Source: the human T2T-CHM13v2.0 reference genome, Homo sapiens
Assembly (NCBI RefSeq): GCF_009914755.1
Contig: NC_060928.1
Direction: 5' to 3' (one strand)
Length of the DNA: 64,000 nucleotides
In this document: in pieces, positions 32,501 to 45,400 of the stretch
How positions within the stretch are numbered: position 1 is the stretch's first letter
Layout of the letters: each line of letters begins with the position of its first letter
The notes under the pieces: model-generated
What the model was told of the DNA's origin: nothing
The model's input: only the letters and a program-made list of their open reading frames with translations
Database searches by the model: none
Position numbers and translations under genes: made by a program

Positions 32501-34544
32501 GCTAGAAGGATATCTCACATCTCAGTTTATCAGAATCCACTCATCTTTCAAGACGTGGCTCTAAGGACACCTCTTTCATCCACACCCTCCCAGAGCCCCT
32601 GAAAGTGGCTCCCTACACCTCTGAATTACTGCTAATTTGTCCAAACCTCTCATTGCATTCATCACATTCCATTTTATATTATACTTATCATTAGTGTGTA
32701 TTCTAACCTCTGGGTTGAGGGCAAGGCCAAAGACCATGGCCAATTTATCTTTATATTTATATCTCCCCTAGGTCCTTATTTTAGTGGCTTTTACATTGCT
32801 GGGAGGTAATAATTTGTAAAATACACAAATACAAGAAGAGAAAAAAGAATGAATAGAGTTCTATTCTAAATGAATCATATTTTATAAAGAATTTGTGTTA
32901 CGTGTATTTATGATTTATTCTGAGCAAACTCAGAAGGCAGTGGGTATAAAAAAGGATAATCAAGTCGGGAGAAAATCTCATAGAAAATCCACTCCTTGGT
33001 TCATGTCTGATTTAGATGGAGAAAAATATTTGACTCCAACTCACAATTCTTTTATTCTTCCTCAGTGTAATAAGCACTATGGTTACATCAGAAACACTGA
33101 GTTCAAATCCCATGTAAATCACTGACCGTGTTTGTGACTTAGGAAAATTCATTAAGATGCTCAGAGCTTTGACTTCCTCATCTATAAAATGGGCTTCATA
33201 ATAACCATCCTAGCCGCAGGATAATTATTTCTTTTTACCAGAGTTGTTTACTCAGTGCCTACTGTGAGTCAGGCACAGAAGCTATAAACATGAGTACATT
33301 GTGGGAATCACACGAGACAGTGTATGTAAACACACTTTTAAAATAATAAATTGATATATATGGATGAGGAAGTACTATGCTACGTACACTTGTGACAAAG
33401 TCTATTTTGCTATTTTTAAAAATGCAAAATTGAGTAACTAACTGTCTTCTATTGAAAAATTTCATTCCATTAGAAAAGACAGATTTATTGTTTTAATAGA
33501 CAGGTTTTATGATTCACAAGCTAGATATTTTCCTAGACTTGTGATTGGTTTTTGTTCAAAAACCTATGTGAGCGCTGGTATTTCTACAATCTGTCTCTAT
33601 TCTTCCCGTTTACTCTTTCACTAACTCATTCATATTCTTAAAGATGGTTGATAAAATAAATCAGTGAAGATACTGAGGAGTGTTACCATTCTCTTCTTTA
33701 TGTATTAAACGTCTCATTGTATATTTGAAAAATGTTACTTATAAAGTTACAGCAAAATTCAGTTCATAAATAAAATAGAAAATAATGAGATCTTACAGAT
33801 AGTTGCACCTATTTTGATAGGAAAGTCTTTGCTCCTCAAGTTCTCAAGAGCCAAAAAAGAAAAAAAAAATGCCCTTTTTGCTCTAACATGTTGACCTTTG
33901 AGTCTAAATTAGTGCAGTATCAGTGGCAAAATCTGAACTGTAAAATGAATCTGTTCGGATTAAGGGTTTAGCTGTTGCATGGCTAAATGGGTCAAGTTCT
34001 CTTAACTGATGGATTTATCTGATACCACCCCAAAGAGGAAAAGTTTAGATTCAAACAAACCAGCCGGCTTTCAATATTTCTAGTATATCACACTTTTTCC
34101 ATGAGACTCACAACCTCTCAAGTTTGGGAAGGGGAAAAAAAAATAAATTCATACTTGCAGCTTCTTCTCTGAGACAGCCTTAGTAAAGAAAAGCGAGCAC
34201 TCACTCTCAGGGAGACACAGTTTTATTTGGTAACTGAAGTTTGAAAACTATAACCGGTACCACTGATTTGCCTTCAGCCATGCAATAATTTATTCCAATT
34301 TCTATGGAGGTTACAAAACACACTTAACTCTTAAGGAGAATATGAGGTTCTTCATTTGCCAAATTTAATTCACGGGGGGAAAAAATAGAGACTATAATGC
34401 TTCTATTGGTTGTATATAGAACATTTTAATAGGATAAGCTGATATAAAACGAATTTAATTTCTTGTAACCTTAAGAATAAGGAAATGCTTAGACAAATTT
34501 ATCAGCTGGCATACACAGCCAATAAATTATTTTTTATATAATAG

Positions 34545-34847
<303 letters not shown>

Positions 34848-35529
34848 GGAAAATTATGAAAGCCTTTGTCTGAAGAGAACTAGATTCTCTGGTGGCTGAA
34901 AAGTACCCCCACCCCCACTGTCTTCACCCCAGTGCAAAGGAAAGTGTGGATGAATGCAGATTTTCCCATTTAATTTCCACAAAGTATGTGTTCTCCTGCC
35001 TGGGTTTATATTGCTGCCTAATGAAATAATCAGCTAGTATGCAGTAGGGGAGTGCTAGTGCAGGAGGGGAGGAACCATCCTAAAAGGTCTATTATCCTGT
35101 CAATATGTGCACAGGACTCTCATTAATGTTAATTAGATTTACCCGCCAGTACAAAGGGGAGGCTAGACCTTAAACAGCAAGTTTGAAAAAACTGATCTAG
35201 CAATGCCAGACGTAGAAAAAAATTAGAAATCATTCCTGCCTCCAAGCAACCTTAACTCATGTAAAAGACATTTATGTGGCCATTAACCCAAGCAGAAATT
35301 GAACTTGTCAGCATTACATGCAGAATGTATATATGGGTAACTGTTCATGAGCAATTCCTCAAATGAATTAAATACAAACTGGATTTATTTCTAGACAGTA
35401 GAGGTACTCTGTCCATCATCTTCTTAATAGAACAACTGCAAAAGGTTTAGGTTTTATAGACCTTTTATTCATGTTTGCCTTTAAGGCAGAAGACTAGGGA
35501 TGGAAAGAAAGAACTGCTGTTGAAGATTT

Positions 35530-36770
35530 GGCTTATGAATGAAACCAAAAACCTAGGGTCATCCTTGTCTTCTCTCTTTGTCACATAGCACATTTCCAAT
35601 CCATCTGCAAATCCTATTATTTTCCTCAAAATCAATTTGAAATCAGACCTCCCTTTCTTTCACCTGCACCTCTACCACCCTGGCCCAACTCAACATGTGT
35701 CTCACCCAGATTATTGTAAGAGCCATAACCTGGACCCTATTCCTCCGCATGAAAGCTAGAATGTCCCTTTTAATATGAAAGTCCAAGCCTGCCATTCTCT
35801 ACGTATCCCCTTCAATGGCTGGCCATCTCACTCAGAGTGAAAGCTTCACAATGATCATCACAATGGGCCTGCCCTCACCCACACCCTCTCTGAGTTCACA
35901 CCCTCCACGTTCCTTCTCAGTCCTCCTCAGTCCTCCTCTCAAGCCCCCTGCCTCCCTGGTGGTCTATGGTTGTGCCAAGTGACCTCTGACCTCCAGGTCT
36001 TTCCACTTGTTGTTCCTCTCCCTCAAATTCACTTCCTCCAGGCCTCTGCACAGCCACCTCCTCGGAGAGCCCATACCTGACCATCCTAACTGAAATAGCA
36101 ACCTCACTTTTTCTCAGGTCTCTGAGCCTAAGCCAAGCCATCACATCCCCTGTGACTTGCACGTATATACACAGATGGCCTGAAGAATCACAAAAGAAGT
36201 TAATATGCCCTGCCCCACCTTAACTGATGACATTCCACCACAAAAGAAGTGTAAATGGCTGGTCCTTGCCTTAAGTGATGACATTACCTTGTGAAAGCCC
36301 TTTTCCTGGCTCATGCTGGCTCAAAAAGCTCCCCCACTGAGCACCTTACGACCCCCACTCTGCCCACCAGAGAACTCCCCTTTGACTGTAATTTTCCTTT
36401 ATCTACCCAAATCCTACAAAATGGCCCCACCCTTATCTTCCTTCGCTGAGTCCCTTTTCGGACTCAGCCCGCCTGCGCCCAGGTGAAATAAACAGCCATG
36501 TTGCTCACACAAAGCCTGTTTGGTGGTCTCTTCACAGGGACGCGCATGAAACTTTTCACTTCCTGTATTCCCCCGGCCTTTTCCTGCTATAGTTTGCTCC
36601 ATTGCATATTAACACCATGTTACACCATATTAATTGAACATTTATTATGCAATTATCTGTCCCAGTTGAATGGAAGCTCCATGAAGGCACTTGGTCTGGG
36701 TCCCTGCTGTTGGCCCAGCACCCTGGACAGTGCCCAAAACACAGTGGACACTCAACAAATGAAGTAAAAT
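35530..36770 (+). mobile_element. LINE-2 fragment interrupted by LTR7
   Basis: AAAACCTAGGGTCATCCTTG, CAATCCATCTGCAAATCC, GAAGCTCCATGAAGGCA...CACTCAACAAAT on both sides of the LTR. Confidence 0.65.
36112..36551 (+). mobile_element. Solo HERV-H LTR (LTR7) with 5-bp TSD CTTTT
   Basis: T(C)TCAGGTCTCTGAGCCTAAGCCAAGCCATC...AATAAACAGCCATGTTGCTCACACAAAGCCTGTTTGGTGGTCTCTTCAC...CATGAAA; CTTTT at 36107-36111 and 36552-36556. Confidence 0.93.
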
Positions 36771-36877
36771 ATTGTTGTGCTCATTGTGGGCACATTGTAT
36801 TCATGCACTGTTACTAACAAACTGTGAATCCATTTTCTCAACATCTGAAAAATTCTCCAAACTACATTAAGAGATTA

Positions 36878-37274
<397 letters not shown>

Positions 37275-39387
37275 TTATTAATTTCCCACATTGGATGCTT
37301 AAAAATATCTTTTGCACTCAATGCCTTTCATTCTTCAGTGTCTTACTTGAAGCCCACACACATTTTTTTTCTTCCACTCCAAGTTCATTGAACAAAAACT
37401 TGCATATGGGTGACAGCCTCTATTTTATTTTTGTTAACCCTGGACCTGTCTCAAAATCAGAGTTGCAAAGAGAAAAGAACCAATGTCTTCTAGAGCATAT
37501 CAGAAGTGCTAGAAACAGGAGCTTTAGCATGAGTGTACAGACCTGAATTATGCAACCTACTGGTTTTTACATGTGACATGTTGACAGAGGTTGACACTTG
37601 GTGAGTACCGTGTAGTTGTCAGCTGGCATTAAGACTTGCAGTTCATTCTGTAGTCAAAATAAAGGAAGAACGGCAAAGTCCATATTTGAAATCCACACTT
37701 CAGGATCATGGCAGCCTACAGCATTTCTGCTTTATCTACAGTACCCAGTGCCCCTCTGCTTTGCTGTGCTTGGAGATGGACACATGTAAACTCAACAAAG
37801 ATATCTATTAACTGTTTATACCTAAGTGCATTTGTTCACTGTGGTCAAAAAAGTACATTTTTCTCATCAAACTGGTACATGCTTTTCTTAAGTTACTTAC
37901 AGTTACATGCAACAGCAAACAAACGAGAGAGAACAGAATATGTCTAACAGAAAAGAGGACAACAATTATGATTTTAGTAGTTCCAGGAAATGTAATCGAA
38001 AGCTGTAAACCTATGGTAAAAGAGTTCAGGGAGTGGAAATTGTTCTTTATATATTGTAGGGTTTTTCCATGCTTGCTGCTTGTCTAGTGGGATATGTTTT
38101 GTTTTTTAAAAAACTTACTTGAAAGTCTGAAGTATTGCTGTATTATATTGTATGGTATTATAGTCACAGAATTAGACTTTTTAAAGAACTGTGGTTTATT
38201 CCATCCTTGTCATAATGCCTGTCGTGAATAAAGCAAGCTTTTAAACTCATAAAAGTAATTAGGGATGTGATCTGTGGAAATACTTTTACATTGTTATAAA
38301 GCTATTTGTGTTGCCTTTCTTTTGGAAGCAAATCATCGTGTGTTTCTAAATTGGGGCCTTTTTCTTCTTCTTTTAAATCGGAGAGGTTGTGCTTTCTTTG
38401 TTTGTATAATGAATAAGAGCCTTATCTGGAAATTGTTGCATAGCCCATTCCATTTTAGGTAGACCTGGAAATTCAGTTTCTTCTTTCTCTGCTAAGTGAA
38501 TAAATAGACTGAGGAAGTCTTCTACCTGTCTGCCGCTGGTAATTGAATTACTGTACAACACATTAAGCAAAGAAAATTCAGAGCAGCAGCAATCAAATTA
38601 TGTTCTCATGTTCCAGAGAGTGGGCTCTTCATAGAGAATGAGGAGACAAAATGTTGTAAAGTGATAGACACCAATATTCGGAAGGGAAGAAAGAAGACAA
38701 TTCATTAGGCCTTGTGCTAGGCCCATCCCACGAACAACTCAGAAGATATAATGACTCAGACAGACTTTAGTCTGACTTGTTTCCTTTTTGGGCTGCTTCC
38801 AGCTCAGCCAACACACAGTGCAGAGGACACGTGAGATCAACATACAAGTCTGCAGGCAGGACTCCCTAGATTTCCTTAGGGAAGGGCCTCAGATTCGGAG
38901 ATCAGTTGAGCTTGCACAAAGTGAACATTGAGCCGCAGGCGCTGGGGGGCCAAGGGGCGTCCAGAGCAGAGCTGTCACTGTTTTACATTCACCTCTAATT
39001 AGGAAAGGGACCTCATCCTCATTCCAGGGTCTTTTTACTCCCTGGCTAGGCCTTTCTGTCCTGGGCCACAGTTACATGCATTCAACAGTCATTGTGGCCA
39101 TGGCCCCACGGGGGCTACTGATGCGACTGATTGCACATATGTTATCTCATTAACTCACACAAAGATCCTGAAACACGAGGTTTATGTTTACCTTTATTTT
39201 GTATACAAGAACACTGAAGTGTAAGGGGTGACATCACATTAATCATAGCGGTTACCACCTATTGTGTATTTACCAATTGCTAAGTAGTGTCCTAAGTGCT
39301 TTCTATATGCTTCAAATTTAATCCTCAATATAACTCCATGAAGTGGATGCTCTTATTATTATGTGCGATTTGGATAATGATGATGGC

Positions 39388-39388
39388 C

Positions 39389-39433
<45 letters not shown>
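39388..39433. repeat. (CAC)n(CAT)n trinucleotide microsatellite
   Basis: Direct reading; it explains the TTTTTIIIIIIIIII run in ORF 39296..39481. Confidence 0.92.
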
Positions 39434-39434
<1 letters not shown>

Positions 39435-39669
39435 GTCTTTGTGAATGTCAAGGGACCATACTTCATCACTTCAACACATAGGAAGGATATTTTATGTATC
39501 TATACTTTGTTATATGCATGAATAAGCATGCATGCACATACCCACACAAACACACACACATCAGCCCACTACCATCATATGTTAATCCCCAGGCTGTCCT
39601 GCTAGATCGATGGATACAGCAAAATGGCAACAAAACACCACCAGCTCATACTTACCTCCACCTGCTTGA

Positions 39670-39836
39670 GGTAGGTGGTGGGTGCCTGTAATCCCAGCTA
39701 CTCGGGAAGCTGAGGCAGAGAATTGCTTGAACCCAGGAGGCGAGGTTGCAGTGAGCCAAGATTGCGCCACTGCACTCCAGCCTGGGTGACAGAGTGAGAC
39801 TCTGTCTCAAAAAAGAAAAAAAGAAAGAAAGAAAAT
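39670..39836 (+). mobile_element. Alu right arm only, with (GAAA)n tail
   Basis: GGTGGTGGGTGCCTGTAATCCCAGCTACTCGGG...GAGACTCTGTCTCAAAA; the left arm is absent. Confidence 0.9.
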
Positions 39837-39889
39837 AACATATGTGAAGAAGCTTTATAAACCATGACTGGAAATATAAGCTCAGGATT

Positions 39890-41180
39890 GTATTTTTTTA
39901 ATGTTTTATTGACATTGAGGTATAATTTACATATAATAGAATTCACCCATTTAAGTGTGTATTTCAATAAATTTTGACATATTTATACACCATGAATCCA
40001 GTACCACAATCAAAGTATAGTACGTTTCCATCACCCTGAACGTTTTCTTGTGACCCTTCTCAGTCAGTCCTACACATCTGTCCTCCCCAGCAACCACAGT
40101 CTTCTGTCACTAAGGACTGGAAGGCACAACTAGCGGCTTCTGTCACTAGAAATTAGATTTGCTTTTGCTAGAATTTCATTTAAATTGTCTTATACTGTAT
40201 ATGTGTCCATGTAGTTGCATGTATCAGTAGCTCATTCCTTTTTATTGCTAAGTATTATTCCATTGAATACACCTACTATAATTTGTTTATCTTTATATTT
40301 GTTGATGAATATTTTCAGGTTGTTTCCAATTTAATCTACTGTGCATAGAGTTGCTATGTTCATTTGTGTGCAAGTTTTTATAAGGACATATGTCTTCATT
40401 GTCTTTGATAAATTCCTAGAGGTAGAATTATTGAGTCATATACTAAATATATGTTAATTTTATAAAAAGCTGGAAAACTCTTTTACAAACTGTTTGTATC
40501 ACTTTGTATTCCTACCAATAATCTGTGAGAATTCCAGTTTTTTACAAATTCACCAACACGTGGTATGGTTAGTCTTTTTAATTTTAGCCATTCTAATGAG
40601 TGTGCAGAGATAAATCATTGTGACTTTAATTTGCATTTCTATGGGCTAATAATCCTGAGCTTTTAAAAATGTGTTTATTGGTTATTGTAATCTTTATTTG
40701 CAGATCTCCATTCACACTTTTTGTCTTTTTTATTATTTGTCTTTTATTAGTGAGTTGTATGCTTCGGTTATATATTCTGATTCTAGATCTTGGTCAGTGG
40801 CTTGATTTTTCATTTTCTAAAGGGTTAATTCTAACGAATGTCAATTTTGATAAAGTTTTTTGTTTCTGCTTTTTGCATCCTAAGAAATATTAATATATGC
40901 CTATCCCAAAGTCAAGATGATTCTCTGTGTTCCTTCCAGAAATTATATTTTGAGTTTTCATGATTGGATCTACAACTAGTATAATTCTGTATTTTGAGTT
41001 AATTTCTGTTTATAGTTTGTTATAAGGCATGAGATACATTCGTTCATATATATACACTTATACACATGCAGTTTTCCAGCACTGTACCAAAAGAGCATCC
41101 TTCTCCCATTGAATTACCTTAGCACCTTTTCTGAAATTCAGTGACCACATACGTATGGTTCTATTTCTTAAATTGATATT
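39890..41180 (-). mobile_element. Old L1M (L1MB/MC/ME-like) 3' region
   Basis: ATTGAGGTATAATTTACATATAATAGAATTCACCCATTTAAGTGT...TTTAATTTGCATTTC...CCCATTGAATTACCTTAGCACCTTT. Confidence 0.8.
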
Positions 41181-42093
41181 TTTAGTTTCAACATTGCAAT
41201 AAATATTACATAAGACTTTTTAAAAATCTCCTTAACCATTAACTGAGAAATTTATCTCACAGGTTTCTTGTAGGTTAAACTCACGAAGGTGTAGCTTTTT
41301 TTTATTCTAGGACATAATAATTATACAATTTGGAGGGATTCTTATTACATTTTCAGATAAGGAATCTTCCACTGGATATCCCATTATGGGAGGGGAAGGC
41401 AGAATTTAGTATATTTGTAAACAATCTGATTTTTTTCCTCACCTGCTTCCTTGCCCTTCCCTAGCACTGCAGGAGTGGCTACCTGAATTGATGTGAGCCT
41501 GATGCTCAAGCCTCCCTGAAGAAGTGGTCTTTGGGCCAATACTTGAAAGGAGAGAATCAGCCAGGAAAATGTCTGGAAGACTATACCAGGCAGAGGGACA
41601 GCAAGTGCAAAGGCTTACAGTCCTCTTACCAGCCAGAGAGAGCCCCTGCAATAGAATTACTAGAGGTGCAGCAAATCATGGCAAGAAGGGGCCAGTGATA
41701 AAAGGATGGTCTGATGGCAATCTAGCACATGTTGTGGGGAGGGGAGGAACAAGGGTTTGGAAAGACTACTTGGGCACAGATGACAAAGGGGCGCAGGTCC
41801 TAGATTTAGCAGATTAGCATGAATTGGTTGACGATAGGGAGCCACTTAACGAAGGGCTGCCATGGTAGAAAGAGTGCTTTAAGAAGATTCAGAGCCATCT
41901 TGCATAGGGTCACTGCTAGATAATTAACTATTTAATTAATTTTCCAAGTGAGTTTGAGTCAGGAAAGGGTTAGGTGGTACCAGATCAGTTAGGAGGTTAT
42001 TGCAATGATATACACTAAGGTTATTCTCATGGGCATGAAAATGAAAGGAACCAAACAAGTTGGTATTACATGTCAAGACTCAGAAGCACTTGG

Positions 42094-42437
42094 TGTCTTA
42101 GTCTGTTTACAGAATATCATAAACTGCATAGCTTATAAACAAGAGAAGATTTTCACAATTCTGGAGGCTGGGAAGTCCACAATCAAGGCAGATTTTGTGT
42201 CTGGTGAGGGCTTATTTCCTGGTTTCTAGACAGTGCCTTCTCTCTGTGTTCTCACATGGAAGAAGGGGTGAGAGAGCCCTCAGGGTCTCCTTCCTAAGGG
42301 CACTACTCACATTCATAAGGGCTCTGCTTCCATGATCTAATCACCTCCCATAGGCCCCAGCTCCCAATACCATCACCTTGGGTGTTAGGGTTTCAATGTG
42401 GAAATTTTGAGGAGACACAAATATATAGACCATAGCA
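42094..42437 (-). mobile_element. MaLR solo LTR (MLT1A/MST-like)
   Basis: TGTCTTAGTCTG...CTGGAGGCTGGGAAGTCC...CATGATCTAATCACCTCCC...AGACCATAGCA; TSD CTTGG/CTTAG. Confidence 0.85.
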
Positions 42438-45400
42438 CTTAGTAATTGAAATATAAGAGCAACAATTCATACTCTCAGAATATTGCATAAGTGTCTTCCA
42501 TTTTCAATAGACACCCATGACAAAAGTTGTATGCCAACCTCTCATGGTATGAGTATCTATGCCTTTATAATGTATGTTCCATGAGGGCAGGTGTTTTTCT
42601 TAACTTGGTTCACTGCTATATTCCAAGTAGCTAGAAGAGTATGCAGCACATAGTAGGTATTCAGCAAATGTGAGATGAATGAAAAGTATCCAAAGATCAG
42701 ACAAGTCATCTTGAATCTGAAAATGATATTATAAAATCATCATTACTGTGCTGGAGAGTTACAAGATGTTTCTTTGATTACTTGCACAAATGCAAGGAAA
42801 TCAACACTTGGCATTCTTCGGATTCCCAAGGCTAAAAATTTATTGGGGAGGTGATGAATGTCCCAGCCAAAAGAAAAAGCTACGCTACATAATAGATTTC
42901 AGATGCTATAGGCACTTGCTTTATTAATAGTACTGCAGATGTGTTATATTTATCTGGACTACATATGATTTAGATTAACGGGCAACAAATATTTATTAAT
43001 TCAAACACTTTTCTTATTTAGAAGGCAGTCAAGTTATGTTAGTAAGGAGAGCTACTGCCCTAGGATACTACCTAAAACAGCAGAAGGAAATAATCAGATT
43101 TTTTTAAACTTTAAGCGATAACTCTGTAAATTATTCTCACTAAAATAATGGTATCTGGAAAGTGACCATTTTTGCTTGTTGATTTCAGTTGGCATTGCTG
43201 GAATGACCTATCTCCTGTGTCATCTGACACGGCAGGATTCGATGTCAATGCACATGCTGCATTATGAATGTTTCAGAGCGTTTGCTCTAATGTAAATCCA
43301 TGTAGACTGTGTAAAGATGCTGTTCTGCACAGTTTATTTTGTCTCTCGGCCATAGAGCACTAAGCCCTGGACATTACTGTGTACAATGGGTTTTGAATTC
43401 CATGCTCATGGACCACGGCCAGCATCACACACAGAAGTTAATGACCGATTGTTATCTTAGCCCATAGCTTGCATTCCTTTTCATAAGACTATTTCAGCAA
43501 GGGGGCGGATCACAAAGTACAGGATTAATTAAGGTCAAATCCCAGTGAAACGTGCAATCTATTTTCTCAAGGAAGGAACTTGGAAGAATCACAGGGTGAA
43601 TTTTATAAACCAAAACCCAATTTTTAAGATAATGTTTAATTAAACTTGAAGCTTAATTTTCTTCTTGTTTAAAGAGACAGAATAGTAATGCAACATAATT
43701 TAAATGTGCCAGTATATCAGCAGACAGGAAACATTTATCATTGCTGTGAACTACTGTAATTTACAATGGTGATGGGCCACCCTGAACATCCTAACAATTC
43801 AGGCATGTCTAGATCATCCAACTAGGCAGACACTAGTTTGCTAACATCTGACAGTAAAAATTGATCTTTGGGAAACCATTGAATCTGGGTCCAGTGGTGT
43901 ACTGTTATTTAAAAATTTGGGTTTTGATAGAGAACGAACAATGAAGTCAACCTTGTGGCTCAGCGCACTAAATGTTCTCATTTCAATGTGTTGTAAAAAT
44001 GCTGATCCCACCCAACTGGGATTATAGTTTCGGATTGTGCTGAGTTTCTGGAATGCTTACAAAATATGTTTTTCTTTGGGTATTATAATGTCATTTTCTT
44101 CTAATTATCTCCTGATAATTTTTCCTATCATATTATGAAGTCTTGGAAGAAATTAAAAATTAACCTTCTCCATTAAAACTCACAAGTAAGCTTCTTTGAA
44201 CTAAAATCCTTTGCACATTTCAAGCTGTTCATACTGTTAAAGAAAGTAAATTATACTTGAAGGGTATACTTAAAATGGGAATTTTAAAATGAAGATTATC
44301 TGCCTTTCTTCCTGAACATAGACACATAATCTTGCCTGTTCTGGTTCCATCTTTTCCAATATAGGCAGTTGCAGGGGTGATTAAGTACCTCTGCAGAGAA
44401 AGTTAGAGTGAAAATCAGTTCAATGATAAATTAAATGACAGATTTTCAGGTCTTTTTGTTTGTTTGTTTTTGCTTTTTTGGACTCTATTATCAAACAATA
44501 AGAATTAGACTTTCTAGTTGCCTGATAGTTTGTAAACTATTTAAACTGTTTGGAATGCAAATATCCTAAATTAGGATTAGAGTAACTGTGTCAATAATAC
44601 AGTAATGATATGAGTAAATCATACTTGCTTCACTCTACATCAGATAGAGTTTTTTAATAATTTTGTAAAATTCCTGAGATGTTTGAAGCTGGGCATGTTG
44701 TCTAATATTTATGGGCTTTGGTTTCTGCCTGTGTCGAGTGGGTAGGCTGGAAACTGCTTCACAGAATGTCTCCCTTGACCTCAAGCCAGTAATATACAGC
44801 CCTCCCATGTCCTTCAAACCACCAGGAGTTGATCCCCAAGAGAAAACTTCACATACACAGTATTCATCCCACTAGAATACTTGATTATACATTGTAGAAG
44901 CCAGTGAAAGTCTCCCCTCAGTATCATATTCTCAGAATCTAGCAGAATACATACTACGACACAGTGAAAAATCAATATTTATTAAATAATGTAATTACCT
45001 ATTTAGTGCACAGGGTTAATGGATGATTATGGGGGAGAATGTATATAAACGTATTTCAATAACTATATCTAGACAATGTATTAATTCACTAATAAAATCA
45101 TAATACACAAGTATAATTATACTATAAAAATCCTTGAGGTGAAGAATCAGAGCATTGAATGGTTTTTTGTTGTTGTTGTTTGTTTGGTTTGGTTAATCGA
45201 TTATTATTAATTTTAGTTTCAGAATCAAGTATTAAATTCTGTACATATTATATCTTCAAAAAATTGTTGTTGTTTGGTTATGATACACTGAACTCAAATG
45301 CCATTTCCTCTAGGAAGCCTTTCTTCAACTCCTCATCTAAATTTGGTGTCCCAGTCCCCACATTCCAGGCCCCCAGTGGTTTTTGTCCTAGCTCTTGTCA

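Noticed and set aside
39648-39657. ATACTTACCT, identical to the U1 snRNA 5' end
   Set aside because: Only 10 nt, with no continuation or TSD. It is equally a minus-strand splice-donor-like match and could be chance.
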